Positions 36,466-48,544 of a stretch of 64,000 bases of DNA are shown here, one piece after another. The notes under the pieces were generated by a model. The model saw nothing but the letters and a program-made list of their open reading frames with translations. It ran no database searches and was not told the DNA's origin. Position numbers and translations under genes: made by a program. The stretch comes from Felis catus (taxonomy: Eukaryota), in NCBI RefSeq assembly GCF_018350175.1, contig NC_058368.1, positions 7,874,001 to 7,938,000 on the forward strand, read 5' to 3'. Position 1 is the stretch's first letter, and each line of letters opens with the position of its first letter.

Positions 36466-36900
36466 GAGGGAAAGGGGGCCTCGGGCTCCAAGGTGAGGCT
36501 GAATGGGGGGGGGGGAGGGAAAGGGGGCCTCGGGCTCCAAGGTGAGGCTGAATGAGGGAGGGGAGGGAAAGGGGGCCTCGGGCTCCAAGGTGAGGCTGAA
36601 TGGGGGGGAGGGAAAGGGGGCCTTGGGCTCCAAGGTGAGGCTGAATGGGGGGGAAGGAAAGGGGGCCTCGGGCTCCAAGGTGAGGCTGAATGGGGGGGAG
36701 GGAAAGGGGGCCTTGGGCTCCAAGGTGAGGCTGAATGGGGGGGGGGAGAGAAAGGGGGCCTCGGGCTCCAAGGTGAGGCTGAATGGGGGGGAGGGAAAGG
36801 GGGCCTCGGGCTCCAAGGTGAGGCTGAATGGGGGAGGGGAGGGAAAGGGGGCCTTGGGCTCCAGGGGGACACTGAATGGCGGGGGGGGGGGGAGGGGGCA
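36466..36900. repeat. G-rich minisatellite, 45-49 bp unit, 8 full copies plus 1 degenerate (FLT1 intron 24)
   Basis: Unit gggaaagggggccYYgggctccaaggtgaggctgaat(g)n; ctcca anchors at 36486, 36535, 36583, 36628, 36673, 36718, 36766, 36811, 36859. Confidence 0.97.
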
Positions 36901-37776
36901 CGGCCCACGGACAGAGGGGCTGCCAGAGGGGCCTAGACGTTGCCTTCTGCGTTCTACCGTCCAGAATACCCACGCAACCTTCCCTTCTAGGGGGACGCTT
37001 GGCGGGGGCCAGGAGTGAGCGACGCCTCCCAACCTGCTCTGCTCCAGACCTCGAACCTCGTCTGTCTCCACATTCGCTTGTCTGCACTTTCTGTGCCGTA
37101 GGAAGCAGCTGGGAGGCGTGCGCCTCTGGCACTGTGTCACTGCGGGGCCACTGTGGCCGCCAAGCTGCTTTCAAGGACTGAGAGCAGCAGGTGTCTGTCA
37201 TCGAAAGCAGGGGAATGATTTTCACACATTACAGGAAACCAGGGATGTTACCGGGTGACTTTAAGCTGCTCCGAAAGGCAGAGTTTTGGCAAAGTCTGAC
37301 AGACCGCTGGCCAGACCCCACGCTTGGGAGGCCTCAGGGCATCCGTGTGTGTCCGCAAGCAGACGTGGGCTCTGTGCACATCTGTGTGCCTGGCGCCGTG
37401 AACAGGGTTTCCAGCCACCCATGGCGGATGTTACTGGAAGCGGAACCAATACGATCGGCACTCCTATCGTTCGCCCTGCATAAACCAGCGTGGAGGGCTA
37501 GCCGTGCTAATATCGCAGCCACGAGAAAGGCCTCCCATCTCTAAGCCTGGTTGAGCTGTGCTTGGTGGGGCCTTTCCGAAGAACTTCTGAGAGGTGGCTG
37601 ATGCGGGGAGGGGAGGGGCAGGGTGTTAGGAGCCCGAGACTTTGAGAAATCAGGAGAAGGAGCCAAGGATAGAGACAGCAGTCAGACTGGCTAAACCTGA
37701 CTTCAGACGTGATGCTGGTCTGAAGCCCTACACGGACCCACGCGTCTCTGAGATGCTGTTCTCAAGGGTGCGTTTA

Positions 37777-37962
<186 letters not shown>

Positions 37963-38513
37963 CTAGAAGAGGGCAGGGGGGCCTTGAGCAGAAGGACGTG
38001 GAAACAAAGCATGTTCAACCCAAGTGCCCACGGGGTCACCTCCCAGATAACACTTGGCCCACAGATCATTTCCTAGAGCAGCTATGGTTTCCTAGAATGG
38101 AGGAAGCCCTTCTAACGTGCAGCGCCACACTAATGGGGCAGTAAGTGTTGGGTGAGCCCCTCCCACGTGTCTGACAGTCCTCACTCCATGACTCTGTAAG
38201 AAGCCCTTCTCCCCACAAAAAGCATGCGCGCTCTACAGGGACCTGGAAAAGAGTGACCTGAATGAGGACACATCCTGAAAACTGATGGTTTCCAGGGCTC
38301 TTTTTTTTTTTTTAAGAAGGAGGATTTTGAAAGGCATCCCTATGTAGAAAGATGATCTTAAAAGTCACTGAATCCGGGGAGTGAGCAAAGGCGTTGGAAG
38401 GAAGGAAGGTGACAGACCGCCTCTAGGAGACCATGTGGCTGGTTTTCAAGTGGGAAGACAAATCTTCCTGCTCTTCGGAGAGCAGGGGTCCCACTGCATT
38501 AGGCCTTGCCACT

Positions 38514-38728
38514 TAAAAACATTTTTTTTAAAATGTTTTTATTTATTTTTGAGAGAGAGAGAGACAGCACAGGTGGGGGAGGGGCAGAGGGAGACACAGA
38601 ATCCGAAGCAGGCTCCGGGCTCCGAGCTGTCGGCACGGAGCCCGACGCGGGGCTGGAACTCCTGGACTGCGAGATCGTGACCTGAGCTGAAGTCAGACGC
38701 TTAACCGACGGAGCCCCCCGGGCCCCTC
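38514..38728 (-). mobile_element. Can-SINE
   Basis: TSD aggccttgccact (38501-38513) / aggcctcgccact (38729-38741). Confidence 0.92.
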
Positions 38729-38888
38729 AGGCCTCGCCACTGGAGACGGGTGGGGTTCGACAGGAAACAAGGGACGACAGAGACAGTGAAACGGAAGTGA
38801 GAGGGGCTGAAAGAGAGATGACAGAAAACGACAGGCTTTGCAGATCAGGGCTCCTAAGCTCTCCTTTTAGGAAAAGAGACTGTTGGAG

Positions 38889-39098
38889 CAGGGGTTCTCA
38901 AAGTATAGCCCTGGGATCAGCTGTGTCTGCGGTACCTAGAAACTTGTTACAAAGGCACATTCTCGGGCCCCACCCAAGCCTCCTTGAATCAGAATCTCCC
39001 GGGCCGGTGGCGGGGAGGGGGTGGGGAGCTCAGTAAATTCTCGTTCCATAAGCCCTTCCAGGTGATCCGCGTGCTTGGTCAAGTGGGAAAACCACGCC
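38889..39098. mobile_element. MER5A-like hAT element
   Basis: caggggttctcaaagt..aaacttgtta..attctcgggccccaccc..tgaatcagaatct..ccaggtgatc..gaaaaccac. Confidence 0.7.
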
Positions 39099-39731
39099 TA
39101 GAGCAATCCTCAGAGCCCAGACACAGGCTTAAGCCCTCAGGCTGGAGAAGAGAGGACACGGGAGGTCACCGCCCAAAGTGAAAAATAACACAATGTTCAA
39201 AAACAAGCAGGGAAAGAGAAGCCAGTGTGAGCGGGCAGGGAGAGGCGAGGCGGGGGGGCAGACACGGGAGGTAAACTGTTTCCTCCCCAGCAAGATAATA
39301 CCGACACCCTCCCCCACCCCTTCCTGGGATATACACACCTGCTGAATCAATCACCCGGGTTTATCTGAGGGAAGAGTCCAGGGTGTTCTTTCCAGTGGTT
39401 CAGGGGAACTCCCAGAAGAGTCAAGGGGAGGTGAGGATACGGTCTTACCAGGGCCCCACGGAACACTCCCCGGGTCTGCAGTCTCTGGAAGTTCTGCCCC
39501 AAAGGACAGGTACCAAGCCAGCAACCGGGAAAGGCCAGGACCAGGGGAAAGGGGCATTGCTGAGCCCCACGCAAGGGCTCTCTGGGACACAGCCACGCGG
39601 GCTGCTTGTCTTCACAGAAAGCACATGGTGGTTTTCAGGGAGCGTGTAAATATCTACCCAGGGCTATCTTAAACCTGTGGTTTGAAGATGAGAGGGTATA
39701 AATGAGCCCAAGAAACATCAAACCGACTTAC

Positions 39732-39854
39732 GTCTCCTTTTCTCACATAATCGGGGTTCTTATAAATATCCCGGGCAAGGCCAAAATCGCAAATCTTCAC
39801 CACGTTGTTCTCAGATAAAAGAATATTTCTTGCTGCCAGGTCCCGATGAATGCA
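39732..39854 (-). CDS. FLT1: FLT1 exon 23 (catalytic and activation loops)
   Basis: tctag|TGC ... GAC|gtaagt; 123 nt; [47 protein letters not shown] has the VEGFR1 Asn (VEGFR2 has YKDPDY). Confidence 0.98.
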
Positions 39855-40546
39855 CTAGAAGAGAAGAGTTGTGTAATCAATGCATTTCCTTAACCTCACC
39901 GCCTGATTTCCTTTCCTCTTAATTGGAGGATCCATTTCGCATCCTTCCTTCCCATGAAGGAAGCGACTCTCAACGCACGAGGGGTTACCATAAACACGAA
40001 GGCATTTCTTTATACCCATGGCCCAAAAGTCAAAAAATGCCCTTGATCCAGTGTCTTGGTAAACCAAGCTGGCCATCGATTTCTACCAGTAAGCAAAACC
40101 GCCCCCAGCCCCCGCTCCCCCCCTGCCCAGCCTTTCATCCCGAGGTGCCAAGGTCGGATCGTGACCCAGCTGCAGGTTCCGTGGAGGACCCCACTGGGAT
40201 GTATTAACAGAAGCTCTCCTGTGAAGTTGTGTATTCTGAGATTCTGGCCAGTTCTGAAAAGATGCCGGAGGGCAAGGTGGAGAATGGTTGCCACATTCGT
40301 CTAATCTGAAACCTGGTGAGGTTTTTTTTTCCCCCCAGAGTTAAGTTCTATGCCTTGGTATCCAAGACTCCTCAGTCCTATCAGGACAAATTGAGGCATC
40401 TGTTGATGACAACACATGACAACAAATTTCCACAAGTTAAGCAAATACTGGGAAGAGCCAATTGATTTATAGCACAAATGAGTGCGTGTCCATAGGAACG
40501 TCTTCCGGGCCTGGCAGAGAAGCAGACAGTGAAGGGCAAGGCTGAC

Positions 40547-40644
40547 CTTTCTGGAAGACAAGAACTCCATGCCTCTGGCCACTTGAAAACTGTAAGAAAT
40601 CAGATCTTCCATAGTGATGGGCTGCTTGTAGAAATCATCGGAAT
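40547..40644 (-). CDS. FLT1: FLT1 exon 22
   Basis: tccag|AT ... AAG|gtcagc; 98 nt; [33 protein letters not shown]. Confidence 0.97.
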
Positions 40645-41073
40645 CTGGAAAGCATTAAAAGCGTAACTGTTTGTGATGGCTCTTGTTACCCTACCAGATC
40701 CCTGTTTATTGGAACAATGCTAGCAAAACAGAAAACAAACCAACAAGTAGATCAGAGTTCAGTTTCAAGAGCATTGGCGTTTCAACATGAATATCCGAGA
40801 TTTTTCCAGGCCTCCAGCCCGTTTTACCCAAGGATGGGGGCGGGGGATGATCCGTCAAGACAAAAAGCCCCGAGGGGAGACAATTGTGCAGTTCCCCGTC
40901 AAAATTAGCAACTCTGTAAATAATCTGAATTCAAATCTTATCTCCTCAGGACATTACCCTTCAAGTCTCCCACGGATGTTTATTAGGGTGATAAATAAGA
41001 AAAAAATTTCAGAGATGCACAGTATGTTGTAAAAATATCTCAGACTGTAGGACAGGAAGGAATTAATACCTAC

Positions 41074-41230
41074 CCTCCTCTCCCTCAACATCACTCAGAC
41101 TTCTATCTTCCTGAAACCCGGAGCTTGCGAAACTCTCACTGCTGGTGACACTATCTAGTCTTGGTTTCTTGTCTTGCTCCGGGTCTGGCTCCATTTTTTC
41201 TTTCTTGGGCTCCATGTGTAACGCGGCATC
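41074..41230 (-). CDS. FLT1: FLT1 exon 21 (kinase insert)
   Basis: caaag|GAT ... G|gtaggt; 157 nt; DAALHMEPKKEKMEPDPEQDKKPRLDSVTSSESFASSGFQEDRSLSDVEGEE. Confidence 0.96.
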
Positions 41231-41479
41231 CTTTGAACAGACCAAGAAGGACACGGAGAAAAAGAGAGCTCCAGAACAGCAACGAGGAAACTAAGCCCTG
41301 AGGCTGGCAGTCGCCTGAGCCGAGAGAATGTCATTGCACAGAACGGATAGATAGCAAATTGGTAGCAAGGGCCCTGTGGCGCTCAGGTGCCTGGTTCTCC
41401 CTGGGTTTCTAGAGTCTGGTTCTGCTTTTCAATGGGCTTCTAGACAGCATCTTAGGTAGGATAAAGAAATATCAATGGT

Positions 41480-41710
41480 GCTCACTGAGTGCTTACTCTG
41501 TGCGAGCCGGTATACTAAGAATCTTACGTACGTTTTCTTATTTAATCTTTCTAGCCATTTTCTGAAGTAGTTCTTGCTTATACGTGAAGAAAACGGGTTC
41601 AGAGGAGTCAAGGAATACAAGTCACATGCAAGTGGTAAATGGCAAAGCTAAGACCCAGGTCTGGCCGACTCCAGTCCATGCCCTTGACCACGTTTTCCAT
41701 ACCGCCCGCC
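41480..41710 (-). mobile_element. MIR/L2-type fragment
   Basis: cactgagtgcttactctgtgc..gaagaaaacgggttcagaggagtcaag..aagtcaca..cccaggtctggccgactcca. Confidence 0.6.
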
Positions 41711-42367
41711 ATCTTGTGAAAGACGATCTGAATAACAGAAGTCAATCCCTAGTGGACGTAGGGCTTCCCTTGACATCATCCCTGTGGGTAATGGGAGAAG
41801 GCTGTGGTTCTCAATTTCTCTCATTTGTCTGGGGAAGGACGGAACGTGAACATTTCTTTTTCTCCCCTCCATTCAGAGGAAAGATACAGTTTGATCCTAC
41901 TAAGGGCAGAAAAGGCCTTTCATCCTGGACTGGACATCCACGCCCTGGTTTGTAATCTGGCTCCTCTATTAACCATGTGATATTGGGCAAATTACCTAGG
42001 TTCTGGGGGTCCCATTTTCCTCACTGGAAAAGCTCCATCAGCTTATCGTGTAGGTGGACTCCTCGGAAAGGAGGTGCCGGGTTGGGGTGTTCACGTGGAA
42101 CCAGGAAACACTTCTAGCGTCTTTGGGAATTCATCTCATAGCCGGGACACTGCAGGCTCAGCTCCCGGTGACCCTGTGGCGATGTGCTCGTGTCGTGTGT
42201 ACCTTGGCGCGGTGATGCTAGCTGGCTATACCGACCCAGGGGCGAAGAGGGGCCTGGGCTCGGTGGGGCCCCTTCACGCACCTGCATGGCGCCCCGGTGC
42301 GGGGGCAACTAGCCAGGCAGCCTTGCGTGGCCTTTCCTAGAACTGTCACCAAGTAGGAGAGATCTTT

Positions 42368-42383
42368 CCACTAGAGGGCGCAG
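42368..42383 (+). promoter_or_regulatory. Candidate CTCF site in FLT1 intron 20
   Basis: CCACTAGAGGGCGCAG fits the core consensus CCASYAGRKGGCRS; CpG-rich surroundings. Confidence 0.6.
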
Positions 42384-43574
42384 TGGGAGTAAACAGCCGC
42401 CAGAGGAAGGAGCCACAGGGGGGACGGAGGGGGACAGACTCCGCGGGGGGGGGGGGGGGGGGGGGTGGGGGGGGGTACGGGGCTCCTGACCCCTGGCCAG
42501 GGAGCACTGCGGGCGGGTCGGAAGGCCTCAGCACAGGTACCCAGTGCCTGACAACAGGTGAACTAGAATTCCTTGTTATTGTGTCTCCGGAGGCAGTTAG
42601 AGTTGGTTCTGCTCAATCGGGGACTGACATTTTATTGGTTACAAGGCCTCTCCTGGGGACACACAGGCAGCGGGGGGAACAGCACTGGCAAGGGTACGGG
42701 GAGGAACGGGTTCAACAGATCTGCTCGTGGCTCAGCCCCTGGCAACACTCTCCGGGCAGCCTTCTTCCTCATCCTCCCAGGGGGGTCACAGCCTGGGCAC
42801 CTGGGTCTGCAGGGACCAGAACCTCGAGCTGCCTCACCCCCTCCTTGACTCCCAATCTATGCTCCACTCAGCTTTGCTTACTGGTAACCGCCTCCGTGAA
42901 ATAAATAAAGGTCTAGGTACCGAGCTTTCGGGACTCTGGCAGAATACGGTGACATTTATTACAAAGAGTATTCAACGATCCTGGGGCATCCGTTTGGAAA
43001 ATGAAACATCCCGTTCCGGGTTTTCCCTTCACTCTCTCTTTATATTCCTTTACCTTCCCAATATGAAATACGGACATGCGTTTTCCACGAAAACGCGAAG
43101 TTCCACCAACAGGGAGGCGACTCATTAAAAATAGCCAGAGTAGGAAGCAAAGCTTTCCAAACAAAGGATGCACAGACCCGAACGTTCCCGCCCTGCCCGG
43201 GTCCCTGGGGTGTGCCGTTGCCTTAGTTCTTTTGAAGCCAGTCCAGGACTTCGGGACTGAAGGGACTTTGCACTGCTCTCAGCCCAGACCACCACTTTCC
43301 CCTTTTTCTTCTGGTCTCCCCCCCCTCCCCTCCCCCCACCCCTTCGCCCCCTGCTCTTCCCCCTCTCCCCCCGTATATGCTGGTAGGGCACAAAAAAAGC
43401 TTTGCATGGGGGAGTCCAGAGAACTGGGATTTTTCTCCCCGACTTCACCTCTTGGAGGGTGAATCACTAAATCACTAAAAGTCAAGCCAATCGTAAGCCA
43501 ATCGCTTGACGTTTCCGGGCACATCTCTCATGGGAGCGAGTGAACTAGCTGACCACACACATGCTTTCCAGCTT

Positions 43575-43680
43575 CAGGATCCTTTGTCTGAGGTAATCTC
43601 TACACCCCACGTGGGGTTTGAACTCAGGATCCTGAGGTCAAAAGTCACAGGCTTTACCTACTGAGCCAGTGAGGTACCCC
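43575..43680 (-). mobile_element. Short Can-SINE fragment
   Basis: gtaatctctacacccc..gtggggtttgaactc..ctgaggtcaaaagtcac..ctgagccagtgaggtacccc; ttc(c)agcttca flanks. Confidence 0.7.
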
Positions 43681-44897
43681 TTCAGCTTCAAGATTCGAAT
43701 TATTAGAGCGCGTGATTTAAAACTGGGAACACTATGTTCTTGTATCTCTGGTTCCAAGTAGACCACCTGTGTCTTCGGTTGGGTCAGAGTTGGAGGGATG
43801 AGAGAATCGACCAGTTGTCTGGTTGTTCTTATCCGCCTGTCCACGTGGCAGGTGGGGGTAATTCTTGGAGGTGTGGCACTTTATCCGTCATACACATCAG
43901 TGGCATTCGGTGGGATTCTCCTTATCGTTCTATCTCGGTGGGCCAGTGATGACAGGGATAGGTAACACTTTGGGAACGCGTAGTTCAATAAAAAAAATGC
44001 GATTCCCTCAATAGTGCCATGAGTTGGGTTCTGTTATTACCTCCGTTGAATAAATGAGGGAACTGAGATTGAGGGATTGAGTAACTTGTCCAAGGTCCCA
44101 GATTTTGAGCGGTGGAGACGGACAGGATGTATGATTCCAGAGTCTGCGTGTGAAACCACCACCCCGCAGAGACTCATCACCAACGCTGCTGATCATCGGT
44201 TAATAATGTTGAACTATTGCTTCCCCAGCTGCTCCAGCCCAGAGAAGGACATGACACTGGGGGAACGGGTCACCCCGGCCAAGTTTTACTATACCCTCTC
44301 CGCCATTCAATAATCTTTTAAGCTTTGTTTGCCTTCAGGACTTAAAGCCTCGCGTCCCTTTTGTTACGTAGCTTTATTTTAGTGCGTCAGGCTGGCTCCG
44401 TGTGTGTGCGCGGAGCTGACGTGCGTGGTGAGGGTTTGGGGAGGGCAGAGTCAGGGCAGAGCAAGGGAAGGAAATGATTTCTCTGGCTCCATCACTGGCC
44501 TCTCGTTCACTAAAAAGTCACTCAGTTGATTGAGGCCTTAATTTCTCTAAAAAAATGGAGACAATTATACTTGCCATCACCTTTCAAGAAACCAGTCACC
44601 AAGTGATGTGTGCGTACGCGTGTGGACGTGTGGAGAGAGAGAGGAAAAAACCGATCAAGATGCTTAGATAGGTATTTAGGTAGATGGCTGCTAAAGTTTA
44701 ACCTCCATCGCTGCACATGCTGGGATTACCTATTCTCTGTACTGCCCACAAAAAGTGTGACATATTAGCATGCAAGGAAAACTCAAAAAAGGAAAAAAGC
44801 AGAGATTGGGTGCTAAGCTTGGTCATTCGTGGAAAAACAGAGGTTTCTCATGCTTTAAGCTGCTGTAGCCTAAACCTCCCAACCCTAAGCTCCTTAC

Positions 44898-44986
44898 CTT
44901 GTTGAGAAAGAATAAGTCTCGTTTGCTCTTGAGGTAGTTGGACAGATTTCCGTATTTGCAGTATTCAACGATCACCATCAGAGGCC
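44898..44986 (-). CDS. FLT1: FLT1 exon 20
   Basis: tgcag|GG ... AAG|gtaagg; 89 nt; [30 protein letters not shown]. Confidence 0.97.
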
Positions 44987-45750
44987 CTGCAGGTCCAAAC
45001 AGATGGCTCATCACTTGTCAGTTCTCCACGGTGATGGAGGCGCGGCCGGCTACGGCTGGGTCTCTAGCTGCAGCCTCCCGGCTCTTGGCTGCTGTCTGTA
45101 CCCACGGCTCCTCGGAACAGGTACGTCTACCCAACTGCCCTTCACCTCTACTCCTTTTGTTGAGCTTAGATAACACTCACGTGCACAGGTCTCTTGCATC
45201 TTTCTTTCTGGCTTAAGCAGCGATCACACATCTACACGCGAGCACTAACCTTGCATAGGGGAAGACCGAAAGGTCTTCGGGAACATGCTGGAGTCCTCAG
45301 TCATCCCCACAGCCCTATCCCGGCTGCTTGCCTCAGTGGAGAAAACCTGTCTGAAGGGAATGGCCCTTCTGATTGTCCCCTGCATCGCCTCCTCCTGAGA
45401 TCCTCCCAGGAGGGATTCCTTTCTCTATGGGAAGCTTCAAGGAATCCTCAACCTTCTGTCCATTACCTCAGCTCTGGCCACGTCCTGAGAGAAAAAAATG
45501 CCCTTCACTTGACCTGGAGCCCATGGGAAGGGTCTAAAAGGGAATCCTTCTGTTTAGAACCTTTCAATTGACTGTACAGGGAAGGCATTTCTAGGATGGG
45601 AGCACCTTTCTGTAAGTGGACAAGTTGTCTCCTCTGGACATGAGAGCTATTTTTCAGGAGGTGAGGAGGAACGAGGAGAAAGAGCTACATGTCAGACTCT
45701 GCTCTTAGGATGTGAATGGAGAGAGGGAGCGGTCCCTCCTTCTCATTTAC

Positions 45751-45864
45751 CTCCTTGCTTGGTACAGGCTCCCAGCAGGTTGACCACATTCAGATGGTGG
45801 CCAATGTGGGTCAAGATCTTGAGCTCAGTCATCAGAGCTTTGTACTCGCTGGCCGTGGCCCCCT
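45751..45864 (-). CDS. FLT1: FLT1 exon 19
   Basis: cacag|AG ... G|gtaaat; 114 nt; [38 protein letters not shown]. Confidence 0.97.
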
Positions 45865-48333
45865 CTGTGTGAGAAACAAGGAAGAGTCAAGGCGACAGGA
45901 CAATGGGGCTCTTTCCGCTGGAGGCGGCATTCCTGCCCCCCATGCTTGCCAATGCTCAGACGGTTGCTTCACTAACTTCCCCACATTCTGCAGAAAGGCC
46001 AGGTCTCCAGACTGTTTTCATTACTCCCTCCCTCCTGAGCCAACATCCTTTTGATTACAGTAAGCCCCAGAAGCAGTGGTGGGGTTAGTCACTGGGCATT
46101 TCCTCTTGGTGGACCTGGTCTGCTCAGCAATGCGCTGACTCAGAGCTGGGCACCTCGTGAAAGCGCCTTCCAAAGGCTTCCGCTCTGCAGAACCAGGCTC
46201 AGCAAGAACCTTCCAGACAGGGGATGTGCCCACACCTCCCCTCTTTTTCTCACTTTCCCCTCTTTGAAGAGTTACAAAGAAGGAGCACCAGGGGTCTGCA
46301 AGAGTGGAATGGCCACTTCTGTAAACATCTTTGCAGTGTGTTATTTTCTCCCTATAACCTTTTCCTCCCTGGAGTCTGCAGGGTTATCTCAAATTGTGAG
46401 GATCCATAAGCATCTGCCTTCAACTCCATTCTCAGAGATAAACAACATCAGTCTAAGCATTAGCAGAGTCTAAAGCCTAAATTAAGTTTGTTCTGTCTGT
46501 TTTTTTCTTTCTTTTTTTTTTTTTTTCTTTTTTTGGTCTTTCTTATTGGTTAATCCGTAAGACTTTACAAAATTTAAAAAATAAAGTCTTACAACCTTGC
46601 TGTAAAATATTCCAACAATACGATGTATATAGAGTAAAAAGTGAAAGCCACTCCAACCACATACCTCCCTAGATAGACCTTTTTCTATGTATTTACAAAC
46701 ATATATACCCACATAAAGGTCTTTTTTTGTTTACATGAGTCATAAAATATATATATATATATATTTTTTTAATTTGCTTTTTTAATGTGTCAGAGACTTT
46801 TCCAATTCTTGTTAGTTGATTAATAGCATTCCTGGCATTTGAACGGTCTCCAGTTTTTTTTGTTTTCGTGTGTGGTTTCTATTTTTTTTTTCCCCATTAC
46901 AAATAACACTGTAGTAGATGGCCGATGTGTAATCTTTCTACACATGTGCAAGTAAGTCTGTAGAACAGCCCTGGAAATGGCCAAAGGATGTGGACGGTAT
47001 TTCGTAAGCACAAATCATTTTCAGATCATTTTCTAACTCCTAACCAGATAAACTCTAGAAGCTTCCCAACAGGGTTGCGATTGGCTCAACAGGAGACGCA
47101 CAACAAATATTTGTTAGAAAAATAAACACCGTGAATACACTTCTCATTTCAGACATGGGCATAAGGCCCAAAAAGGTTAAAGGTTCTGCTCCAGGGTACT
47201 TTGAAAGAGCTTCTGACTCATGGCCTTTGTTTGACATTCTGTCTTTTCAATTTCTCCTAGAAACAGATGGCCACCCAATTCAAGCAAGAAAGCTGAATGA
47301 AAATGGTTTGGGGGGGATTTTACAGAGTGGGTGATTTGGCGATCGTTTTAAAATCCAGGCTAATGGCTTTAAAAAGAAAAGCATTTTATAAAGACACCGC
47401 GTATGCTTTTTCTGTATTACACACACTACGTTCTGCCGGCCTTTCAAATTTTTCAAGTCAGAATTCCCCTCCTCCGACTCATCAATCCTTCCAGGCATTT
47501 ATGCCCCCTTGGCACAGGGGAAAACCCAGCGCTCTTGTTCAGACTGCCCCATCCCCAGGCAGGTGTTCCCTTGGATCCACAACAGACGAGTGCGCGCACA
47601 AGACCATCTCAGCTGGCGATGATGTGTGGTCGTAGGCAGGGAAATGGGACAAGCTGGGGAAGCAGACGCTTCCAGATGGAGTCCCGCCTTAGCTCAAGGG
47701 TGGATATTAGATTGCCTCCATGACTCGGATCAGGGCCGTTTTAGGGTTTGGGGGCCACAGGCCGCCGGAGGCCGGGTCTAGACAGCCCCTCTTCTGCAGC
47801 ACCGTGGTGGGGGGAGGGTAAGAGCGCTGCACTCAAACCCCTACTTTTGCCCTGGGGAGCTCTGGGGCCCTGCAGAGGTGATTTAACCTTTCTGGGCCAT
47901 GTCTCCTCATCTGCAAACTGGGGAAATAATATCTCCCTCACAAGGCTACAGAGAGAAAAGGAAGAGGAATGGCAATCTCCTGTGGTTCAAGCTAATACAT
48001 GGAAGCACTTAGTCTGGTGCCTTCTCACACGAGGGCATATTGATGCCTCTTCTCTTCGGAGCCTGGGCCACGGGGTGTGGGGTGGCGTGCCGGAACGTAG
48101 GCATGTCACAGAAAGGCCTGCCATCCTCTGGGCAGTCCATTTTGAACAAAAGTCCGGATGTGTGGGCCCCGAGACTCCTTCCCTGGCTGCTTTCAGAGCA
48201 GAACTGTCAGGTTCCTTGGAGGGTTTTTATCAGAGCCTTTGCTTGACGAGGGCAGCCTTTTGAGGTGGAAGGTATCATTGCCTGGGGCTCCTGCAAGAGG
48301 CCTACTTTTTGGTTTTAGAATCTTCACACGAGT

Positions 48334-48544
48334 GGGGCGCCCGGGTGGCTCAGTCGGTTAAGCGTCCGACTTCAGCTCCGGTCACGATCTCACAGTCTGT
48401 GGGTTCGAGCCCCGCGTCGGGCTCTGTGCTGACAGCTCGGAGCTCGGAGCCCGGAGCCGGCTTCCCATTCTGTGTCTCCCTATCTCTCTGCCCCTCCCCC
48501 GCTCATGCGCTGTCTCTCTCAAAAATAAACATTAAAAAAAAAAA
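48334..48544 (+). mobile_element. Can-SINE (FLT1 intron 18)
   Basis: TSD agaatcttcacacgagt (48317-48333) / agaatctcaacgcgagt (48545-48561). Confidence 0.92.

Noticed and set aside
36466..36900. CRISPR-like regularly spaced repeats
   Set aside because: No unique spacers, only variable G runs; eukaryotic intron with no cas genes
36384..37225. Long Pro-rich and Gly-rich ORFs (171-259 aa) on both strands
   Set aside because: Produced by the stop-free minisatellite unit; several frames open at once; intronic with no supporting exon structure
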